Positions 26,321 through 33,510 of a stretch of 33,510 bases of DNA are shown in pieces. The translations under genes and the position numbers were made by a program. The notes beneath the pieces are model-generated. The model did not search any database. It saw nothing but the letters and a program-made list of their open reading frames with translations, and was not told the DNA's origin. Origin of the DNA: a virus (lineage: Duplodnaviria > Caudoviricetes); the IMG/VR virus record IMGVR_UViG_3300033076_000279, positions 1-33,510 of that record, one strand, 5' to 3'. Position 1 is the stretch's first letter. Each line of letters opens with the position of its first letter.

Positions 26321-26611
26321 TTATTTTCTTTTATGATTATAAGGAATTCTTTGTGATGAAGTTTTAGTTGCTTTAAATCTAGCTCTCTCCTTAGATGAAA
26401 GTTCTGAACTTGTTTTAGGAGTCTTGCTATTAACTCTACGAGAAGGTCTACATGCAGGATATCCTCTACTCTCCCCTTTTTGCCTTCCACAAGTCTTACC
26501 TGTTTTTACATCTACCCATTTCTCAGCAAACCATCTATCAAGTCCTCCGTGATTACCTCCCTTAGACATGTAAGCTAACTGTAAGCGACTCTTTTTATTT
26601 AAGTTGTTCAT
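26321..26611 (-). CDS. Basic phage protein, 96 aa (DUF5872-like from recollection)
   Basis: 'GLDRWFAEKWVD..CGR..YPACRPSRRV..KTPKT' motif, with an ATGA overlap with the upstream gene. Confidence 0.7.
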   Translation of the reverse strand: MNNLNKKSRLQLAYMSKGGNHGGLDRWFAEKWVDVKTGKTCGRQKGESRGYPACRPSRRVNSKTPKTSSELSSKERARFKATKTSSQRIPYNHKRK

Positions 26612-27774
26612 TTTTTTACTTTAGATTTTTTTAAAAAGTCAGGTAAACTATAGTTTACTTTTTCTCTGTTAAACTGTTTAGATAATTGATTAGCTAACTT
26701 TAATCTGTTCTGCTTGTCTTCTACCCTACGTAGAATACTAGCTACACCGTTTACCATATCCTTGTCATTAGAGTGGTCTACCTTACCGCCATTCTTTTGT
26801 TTAATATAAATAGGTTTGCCTGTAGCATCTTTTTTATAGTAGAACCTGTCATAAAAGTCATAAGGCTTTCTATTACTTCCATATACTACTTGATCCATCA
26901 AAGGCAAATCAAAATCGTAGCTATCATACAAAGAAACATAGTCACCTCTCTCATCAGTGCCTTGAGACAACTTAAATTTCTGCAAAGGATCTGTTTGGTC
27001 AAAAGGAATCTCTTCAGAGTTTAATGCAGGATTAGATACAAAGGGGGCTAAGGAATTCATATTGACACTTCTTCCTGGTTTACCCTTGGACTTATTCATA
27101 TAAGCATCAATAAGTTTTTGCGGATCATACACATTATTTAAAGAATAATATTGTGCATTAGGGTCACTTGCATTAGCAGGTTTGTATTTAGACGGAGTCA
27201 GGTACTTAGACTTAGTAGGCAAACCCAAAGCCACTCTCCATGCTTCTTCTCCTACAGAATAATCTCCTGCCTGATCCCTCATAGGAGCTGCACTGTTTCC
27301 AAATAAACCTCCAATTGCATCAGGGATACTAGGATAAGATACTGGACGATAATTATTAAATATAGCTTCTTTACTAGCATCTCCTACTTTTTGAGCAACT
27401 TTACTTGCTCCTTTTGCAGTAGCAGCTACGTTTGTAGCAAGTTGTGGATTACTACCTAACACTTTAACAAACATGTTACTAAAAAAGTCCGATACTTTAG
27501 AAGCAGCATTTGTCAGAGTATTCATCTCTCTGTCAGCAGTAGTACCTCTTTTAGTATATTCTTTATCTCCTATTCTAGTGTTTGCCTTAATGTAAATAGG
27601 TTGCATTCTTTCAGGAGAATTAAAAGTAGAAGTGTCTATACTAGACGTAACTCCTCCATTAGGCATCTTACGCTTCTTAGAATTCTTATAATTCTTGTAT
27701 GCACCCTTAAGCCTAGAGCCTGAGGGTGCATTAGAATTTCCAATTACAGAACCATTTACTCCTGGTACAAACAT
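26608..27774 (-). CDS. Hypothetical modular protein, 388 aa
   Basis: TAATG-coupled to the upstream gene. KMPNGG and KQKNGG motifs flank a central Tyr/Asp-rich domain. Confidence 0.75.
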   Translation of the reverse strand: MFVPGVNGSVIGNSNAPSGSRLKGAYKNYKNSKKRKMPNGGVTSSIDTSTFNSPERMQPIYIKANTRIGDKEYTKRGTTADREMNTLTNAASKVSDFFSNMFVKVLGSNPQLATNVAATAKGASKVAQKVGDASKEAIFNNYRPVSYPSIPDAIGGLFGNSAAPMRDQAGDYSVGEEAWRVALGLPTKSKYLTPSKYKPANASDPNAQYYSLNNVYDPQKLIDAYMNKSKGKPGRSVNMNSLAPFVSNPALNSEEIPFDQTDPLQKFKLSQGTDERGDYVSLYDSYDFDLPLMDQVVYGSNRKPYDFYDRFYYKKDATGKPIYIKQKNGGKVDHSNDKDMVNGVASILRRVEDKQNRLKLANQLSKQFNREKVNYSLPDFLKKSKVKK

Positions 27775-28016
27775 TACTTTCTCATTTTAGCGAGTGTCTT
27801 AGCTAAGTTAGCACGCTTAACAGTAGTAGAAGAGTATGCAGACTTGTTAGCTAAAACTTTATCCCGAAAAGCAGGTACAGACATACCAGCTTTTTTAGCT
27901 TGTGCAGTAAAAGATCCTGGCTTTTTAATTGCTTTTTGAATCCATTTACCTCCTGATTTCATTTTCTTACCTCCGCATTCCATGCAGCCTAAGTAAGAGT
28001 CTTTCAAACGGCTCAT
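27774..28016 (-). CDS. Small basic phage protein, 80 aa
   Basis: 'KWIQKAIKKPGSF...RANLAKTLAKM' motif, with N-terminal CMECGG and MKSGG. Confidence 0.75.
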   Translation of the reverse strand: MSRLKDSYLGCMECGGKKMKSGGKWIQKAIKKPGSFTAQAKKAGMSVPAFRDKVLANKSAYSSTTVKRANLAKTLAKMRK

Positions 28017-28036
28017 ATTATTTTAGATTATTTAGT

Positions 28037-28417
28037 TTAAGATAATGTCAACAAGTAAAGAGTTTGAGTGATCAATCCCAAGATCTCATCAATGATGTTT
28101 TGGATGTGAGTGTTCTCCATACCAAAAACTCCTCTGTGTTTAAACACATAGTCTTTTAAATAAACTAAGTGGGTTCTAGAGTTCATGTACTCAGATGCAG
28201 GGATCTTAATATTTAAACGCTTTCCAATAGTACCAAAGTAAGTCTCAGTTAAAGAATCAGTAAGATCTAAGATTCCATCGTAGTAAGAATTTAAAGCTTT
28301 ATGCTCTGCATAATTTACTGTCTGAAGATGAGTCAAGTGGATAATATCACGAGACTGAAACAATTGACCCAAGAAGATTTCAGGTTTAATTGTTGTGAAA
28401 AGTTCTTTTTCTTTCAT
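28037..28417 (-). CDS. Dps/ferritin-like four-helix-bundle protein (DUF5856-like)
   Basis: 'IHLTHLQT..YAEHKALNSYYDGILDLTDSLTETYFG' follows the Dps H...H...D-x3-E ferroxidase pattern, with C-terminal 'IQNIIDEI..LI..TLYLL'. Confidence 0.75.
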   Translation of the reverse strand: MKEKELFTTIKPEIFLGQLFQSRDIIHLTHLQTVNYAEHKALNSYYDGILDLTDSLTETYFGTIGKRLNIKIPASEYMNSRTHLVYLKDYVFKHRGVFGMENTHIQNIIDEILGLITQTLYLLTLS

Positions 28418-28429
28418 TGTTATATGTTA

Positions 28430-31400
28430 TTATGGATTTGTTTGTGTGATTTGAATGGTATTAATAAACTTAAATCTAGAGTATTGATCTTGGATCAATC
28501 TTACTTTAGCAAAGTCTGATTTAATTTTGTTTTTCTGATAAGACACAGATACAGGTCTTACACTCTTACTATTAGGTACCTTGTCTATAGGATATTGAGT
28601 AACTAAGTCACTCCATTGAGTAGACCAAAGAGGTTGGCCATTTCCTTGAGCTGCAACGTTCCAAAATCCATTGAAGGTATAAAGTTGTTCTCTACGAGAG
28701 ATAAGAGCTTCTATACCTGTTGTTGTCATTCTAGGATAGGTAATCTTTTGTCTTGTGTTACCAAACTCTTCAGGAATCAACTTAATGATACCAGAAGACT
28801 GTTCCTTATTATAGATAATAGCCTTAGTAAAGTTTGCTAAGTTTTTCTTATTAGCAGTAGATAAAGAATAGTATTCATAGTCAGAATAATATTCTTGAAT
28901 ATCTTGCATAAGCGTAACTGAGTTTACAGTAGAGACTTGAGGGAAAGAGTTTACATTGTATTCTAAGATATAGGGATACAAAGTTCCATAGTAAGTCTGG
29001 TATGTAAATACAGATAAGTTATGATTCCATAAACTTGCTCCAGCTCCTGTATTTCTGATTGTTTGGAAGTGGCCTAACTGAGGTACAAAGAAGTTTGGCA
29101 AGTAAGAGTAAAAAGAAATAAAGTTCTTTAACTTAGGAGAATATGCTACTGTCCAAGATTTATTTTCAAAGATTGTAGAGTCAGTTAATTCTACTTGGCT
29201 CTTACCTAAGTTATCCTGATAGTAGAACTTTCTATCTTCATAACTTACTTGTCCAGTAATATCCTTCCTTACTCTATAGTCTAGTTTTGTAATAAATACT
29301 CTTTCATATCTTTCATCCCATCCCATTACAATTCCTAATCCAGATTGCGGACTGTCTAAATCTACTTCTGGAAAGTCTTTAATAATCTGGAAGGGTAGAT
29401 TCTGTTTGAACCAGTTAAAGTTGTTTTCAGTTTTAATCTCGTTAAAACCATCACCTGTCAACTGATAGATATGTCCACGCTTGGCATCTACCCAGAATGT
29501 TCCATACTCACACTTTACATAAGCTTTGTGTTGAGTACCAATATATCCTAAATCAGTCTTAGAAAGATCTACAGGTTTTTGTTTGAACATCTCTGCATTA
29601 CCAATCTCTAACTGATAAGGAGAAGTAGTGCTTAGTGTAATACGAGAGTTATAAACTTTAGTAGTGTTTTCAAATCTAGCATACACTCTTTCGTTCTCCC
29701 CAGAGTTCAAATCAATTAAGCGACCTCCTTGTTTAGGAAAATCATAGAAGTTTCCTGGGCGGAATACTCTCCAAGCATCAGAGAGATAGTTGGAAGAGTT
29801 TGCAGGATCAGAATAAATAACTCTATTAAAGTGGTAAGTCAAGCAACCTAAGTCAGGGTATTTTAACCTATAAGGTAAGTTAGGACTTAAGTTCTGTGCA
29901 GAGTAAGTAGCATTATAGTGATAGAAGTTATCAAACTTAATAGGTACATTTACCTCATGCAACCACTCATCAGGAATACCTTCCCCTACATTAGGATAAA
30001 AGTTTTCTTCTAGGTCATTTCTTCCGTGACGTAAGTCTACGTTAATATCAGACTCTACATAGAATACTGGAATACCATAAGAAGCCGTATAAAAGAATCC
30101 TTCTCTATCTACATCAAAGGAATTGTTTGCTGAGTCAAGATTTATTTTCGGAATAAAGTCATTTAAGATATCAGCAAAAGCAAGAGTAAAGGAAGTATTG
30201 GCTACCAACTGTGCTGCTATAGTTGCCGCAGAACCTGAGCCTAGAGCAGGAATAAGAGCTGGAACATTACTTGCAGCTACTCCTGCTGCAATTAATCCTA
30301 GAGTACGTGCTACGTCTCCTGCAGTAATAGGTTCCGATGAGTTACCTGCATAATAGGTAGGATATCCTAAGTTAGGATACAACCAATAATCAAATGGAAC
30401 GTTATCTACTTTAGCAGGAAGGTTAGCTAGGTTACGGGTAAAGAAAGAGTGTTTGCGTTTAAGTGCAAATTTATTAATGTAGGTATCTCCCCCGAATGCA
30501 GGATAGTACTTTCTTTCTAATGTATAGACCCCATTAGAGTTTAAGTAAAACTTAGCTGAGTATCCAGTAGAAACATATTTAATGTTTTCTATAGCACCAT
30601 ATTGGTTGGGAAAATTTCTCTTTATAGAAGCGTAGTATGCTCTTGTATTACTCTCGATAATCTGAGAAGGATTTTTTTCTACACCCGCTTGAGAGATAGT
30701 AAATCTAGTAGTGTCTACAACAGTAGGATTTAAATCTACTAAGGTTCCTTGTGTTTTCAGGTACACAGAAGTTTCTCTAAACTTATTATGCAAAGGTGCA
30801 TCGTCATTAAGTTCAACAATCTTATCATTGGCATATAAACCAATTTCTAAGAATCTTCTTTTCTCTCCTGAGTTTGGAATAGGAGTAAACCTAGTATAGT
30901 TTCCTACCGAATTATATTGCCAAGCTAAGTCTCTATAAGACATTGCTTTTTCAATCAATTCTTTTAAAATAGAGGTATTAGTGATAATCTCGGTTATTCT
31001 ACTTTCAAAATTAGTTTTTAATGATGTGGTAGTACCTGTTTCATTTTCTCCTGCTGTTACATAAGATAAAGCAACAGCAATTGTTGAAGATAATAAATTA
31101 GTTCCTTTTCCGATAATCTTATATTTAGGATGATCTAGTACAGGAACAAAGTGTCCTTGTACTTTACCGTATTCTAATGTTTCAAGCTTAAGCTCTGTAC
31201 CTATTTTTGGTAACTGAAAGTGTGTATCAGGAGAGTGGAAAGTAAACCTTTGAGATCCGTAAAGAATAGTATTATTAAATCCACGATGTAATGGAAATTT
31301 ATCTGTAGACTCTCCTCTATCTCCAAAGTCATACCAGTCAGGAGAATCCTTTATGTATGCATCTGAGTTAAGATCGTTATACGGATAGTTAGGGTAGTAG

Positions 31401-33280
31401 AATTTTTTATTGCTGATAGGATCTAAGAAGGTTCCTACATCATAAACAAGACCCTTAGCAATAACTGATTTGTTATTTACACGATTACCTCTTACTAACT
31501 CATAACCACAAATAAGTTCAGCTACGGGAATTAGACTATCTCCATAAGTATTTAAAGGATCTGTAACGTAACTACTTTGTAATAACTTCTCAAACTCAAC
31601 TTCATTAATACGAACACCAATAGGATAAATTAACTCTTGGTTGTCTGCATGAATATGGTCTATAGCACTGTCAGGAAACTTATGGAAACGAATAGGTTGT
31701 CCTGCTAAGTCTCCCCATACAGTTTCATAACAAGGATAGGTTTCTGTAGATTCCCAATAAGCAAATTTTCCTGAGTGTTTTACAGGGATTTTACAGCTAT
31801 ATTGTTCTTCTTGTTTAGTAGGAGTATTTACAGGAGGATTGTAATTACGGTCTCCTGTATTATATACTTCCCATCTTTGAGGATCTCTTTGTGGAATACA
31901 ATCATTCTCTACTACAAAAATATCATTTGTTGATCCTCTTGGTATTGTAGCTTTTTCACTTAGGGTAGCTGTTCTTCCAGGAATATGAAATACATCTGTA
32001 TACTTACCATTCTTCAGTTTAAACTTAATACCAAAAGGATAAACTTCATCCCTCTGATACGTACGGAAGAAATAAGCAATCTCAGGATTTGAGTAGTCAA
32101 ACTTACCATCTGCGGGCATTTCTACAGTTTCCCAACGCAACTCAATCTTATTAGCTAAAAGCTGAAAGTTGTATTTAGGAGTTTCTGTTAGATCTGCAAG
32201 CATTAAGATATCTACTTGCTTCTCAATGATTCCTGCATTAATGTAGTGAGGACTACGGATTAAAGGAACAATAGAAGAGAAGGTAGAAGAATAATCCCCA
32301 GAGTAAATTAAAGAATCTTTTTTAGTAGAAAGATTTACTCTATAGGTTCCTACTAAATGATAAGTAGTTACTTCATTTATATTCTCAGCTACAACTAGAT
32401 TAAAGTAATCAAAAAGGTCTGTACTATGTTCAACAGAAACCCTAATAGATTTAGAAGTCTCGTACTCTGTTTGTTCAGTGATAGTCCTTTCAAAGATTGG
32501 AATAGGGTTAGAAAAGTCTACGTAATCTGTAAGTTCTTTTCCATTCTCATCTGCATAGGCAATAGAGAAAGAATATACGCCACCCTTAAGTCTCCCTCCA
32601 GAATCAACTGAGGTAGGATAAATATCTGCTTGACAGAAGTCAGGGAAAAGTTTTAATCTATCACAAGCATCTGGAAGATTAGAAATAGGAACTCCACACT
32701 GATCATTTCCATAAGGTTCTTCTAACCAGAAATATCTAGGAGAAATATTCTTACCAATAAAGTAAATCTTAGTCTTACAATCATCAATACGATACTCCGA
32801 GAATACAGGATAGTCAGGACTAAGACCTAGACAACACTTACCATCAGGGCAAGTGTCACTCATAATTACTGTAAACGTACAGCAAGTATCTAGACTAACT
32901 CCTATTTCAGTACCAACAGTACTTTCTACAGTAGTTCCTGAGATACATCCACAGTCAGTCTCAGACTTAATTAATCTAGAACAGTCTTTGTTAAAGTTTG
33001 TAACTTGTCCAATAACAGATCTCCCATCAGGATGAGCTAAGAAGACAACCAGTTTAGATTGCTCTGTAATGTTTAATGTACCTACAATTTTAAATCCAGG
33101 AAATTGACTGGTAAAATCAACACAGATTTGGTTAGAGGGTTCGTTAGTATAGGTTGTTGAGTTACCATCATGAGATTGAATGTTTGCGTTTAAAGCAAAC
33201 GTAATCATATTCTCCTTAATCTGGTAGTTAACTGAATCTAAGTTTAACCCAGCAATATTCTGATTGATTCTATTTTCCAT
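28430..33280 (-). CDS. Tail stabilisation/muzzle protein (crAss-like, P22 gp10-related)
   Basis: 1616 aa, beta-rich. N-terminal 'GLNLDS..FALNA', 'GGRLKGGVYSFSIAY', 'RTYQRDEVYPFGI', 'FGGDTYI', 'SWTVAYSP'. Position between the ring protein and cargo genes fits. Confidence 0.75.
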   Translation of the reverse strand: MENRINQNIAGLNLDSVNYQIKENMITFALNANIQSHDGNSTTYTNEPSNQICVDFTSQFPGFKIVGTLNITEQSKLVVFLAHPDGRSVIGQVTNFNKDCSRLIKSETDCGCISGTTVESTVGTEIGVSLDTCCTFTVIMSDTCPDGKCCLGLSPDYPVFSEYRIDDCKTKIYFIGKNISPRYFWLEEPYGNDQCGVPISNLPDACDRLKLFPDFCQADIYPTSVDSGGRLKGGVYSFSIAYADENGKELTDYVDFSNPIPIFERTITEQTEYETSKSIRVSVEHSTDLFDYFNLVVAENINEVTTYHLVGTYRVNLSTKKDSLIYSGDYSSTFSSIVPLIRSPHYINAGIIEKQVDILMLADLTETPKYNFQLLANKIELRWETVEMPADGKFDYSNPEIAYFFRTYQRDEVYPFGIKFKLKNGKYTDVFHIPGRTATLSEKATIPRGSTNDIFVVENDCIPQRDPQRWEVYNTGDRNYNPPVNTPTKQEEQYSCKIPVKHSGKFAYWESTETYPCYETVWGDLAGQPIRFHKFPDSAIDHIHADNQELIYPIGVRINEVEFEKLLQSSYVTDPLNTYGDSLIPVAELICGYELVRGNRVNNKSVIAKGLVYDVGTFLDPISNKKFYYPNYPYNDLNSDAYIKDSPDWYDFGDRGESTDKFPLHRGFNNTILYGSQRFTFHSPDTHFQLPKIGTELKLETLEYGKVQGHFVPVLDHPKYKIIGKGTNLLSSTIAVALSYVTAGENETGTTTSLKTNFESRITEIITNTSILKELIEKAMSYRDLAWQYNSVGNYTRFTPIPNSGEKRRFLEIGLYANDKIVELNDDAPLHNKFRETSVYLKTQGTLVDLNPTVVDTTRFTISQAGVEKNPSQIIESNTRAYYASIKRNFPNQYGAIENIKYVSTGYSAKFYLNSNGVYTLERKYYPAFGGDTYINKFALKRKHSFFTRNLANLPAKVDNVPFDYWLYPNLGYPTYYAGNSSEPITAGDVARTLGLIAAGVAASNVPALIPALGSGSAATIAAQLVANTSFTLAFADILNDFIPKINLDSANNSFDVDREGFFYTASYGIPVFYVESDINVDLRHGRNDLEENFYPNVGEGIPDEWLHEVNVPIKFDNFYHYNATYSAQNLSPNLPYRLKYPDLGCLTYHFNRVIYSDPANSSNYLSDAWRVFRPGNFYDFPKQGGRLIDLNSGENERVYARFENTTKVYNSRITLSTTSPYQLEIGNAEMFKQKPVDLSKTDLGYIGTQHKAYVKCEYGTFWVDAKRGHIYQLTGDGFNEIKTENNFNWFKQNLPFQIIKDFPEVDLDSPQSGLGIVMGWDERYERVFITKLDYRVRKDITGQVSYEDRKFYYQDNLGKSQVELTDSTIFENKSWTVAYSPKLKNFISFYSYLPNFFVPQLGHFQTIRNTGAGASLWNHNLSVFTYQTYYGTLYPYILEYNVNSFPQVSTVNSVTLMQDIQEYYSDYEYYSLSTANKKNLANFTKAIIYNKEQSSGIIKLIPEEFGNTRQKITYPRMTTTGIEALISRREQLYTFNGFWNVAAQGNGQPLWSTQWSDLVTQYPIDKVPNSKSVRPVSVSYQKNKIKSDFAKVRLIQDQYSRFKFINTIQITQTNP

Positions 33281-33285
33281 TAAAA

Positions 33286-33510
33286 TTATTGGATATGATA
33301 CTTAATAAAACGGTTACGCATCTTAACTACGTTATCCGCCATTTGTTGTTTAGTATAAGTCAACAAGTAACCATTAGCAGCCTGTAACTTATTCAATTGA
33401 TCTTGTCTGTAGTATTGGAACTTAGCTTCTACTTGACGTTGACTTTCATCAACTACTGAATGCCAAAGCTGTTCAAAAAACTTAAACTTAAGATAAGACT
33501 TGATATACTC
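33286..33510 (-). CDS. Partial CDS (3' end), probable tail ring/tubular protein
   Basis: Open frame from the window edge: EYIKSYLKFKFFEQLWHSVVDESQRQVEAKFQYYRQDQLNKLQAANGYLLTYTKQQMADNVVKMRNRFIKYHIQ*. The stop lies 5 nt before the muzzle ATG. Function inferred from synteny. Confidence 0.6.
   Translation of the reverse strand, partial: EYIKSYLKFKFFEQLWHSVVDESQRQVEAKFQYYRQDQLNKLQAANGYLLTYTKQQMADNVVKMRNRFIKYHIQ

Noticed and set aside
6815-33035. Plus-strand ORFs in the track antisense to the large genes (e.g. 6815, 11597, 12485, 14015, 16289, 20336, 25947, 28301, 30123, 32853)
   Set aside because: They lie within or across long minus-strand genes, mostly start at TTG/GTG, and have the S/L/F-rich composition typical of antisense shadows.
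1-33510. tRNA, rRNA, integrase, transposase, reverse transcriptase or DGR repeats
   Set aside because: Intergenic gaps are all under about 105 nt and are explained by promoters, terminators or leaders. No such motifs or long duplicated segments were noticed by eye.

Overview
This window is an AT-rich, densely coding segment of a Crassvirales-like (crAss-like, phi14:2-type) podophage that most likely infects a Bacteroidota host. The host call rests on TTG-N19-TAnnTTTG promoters, A-rich leaders without Shine-Dalgarno sequences and a Q-rule signal peptide. Almost everything is on the minus strand. In transcription order it runs: partial tail ring protein, 1616-aa tail muzzle/stabilisation protein, Dps/ferritin-like protein, a cluster of mostly small basic genes, 734-aa and 516-aa probable cargo proteins, a 4007-aa virion RNA polymerase (GSDYDIDK, plus a zincin HEAWH), a 1935-aa zincin-containing ejection protein, then a separately promoted holin/spanin-like/metallophosphoesterase cassette. 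This block converges at a bidirectional terminator on a plus-strand GroES-like gene pair. The most striking unexplained signal is a shared peptide motif, (S/N)RLxx(A/S/R)(Y/F) followed by (M/F/Y)xxGG. It recurs near the N-termini and at internal module boundaries of five neighbouring, otherwise unrelated proteins and suggests a capsid-targeting or proteolytic-processing code for virion cargo. An unannotated 59-aa very basic ORF was also found. All family assignments come from motif recognition and gene order, with no database searches run.
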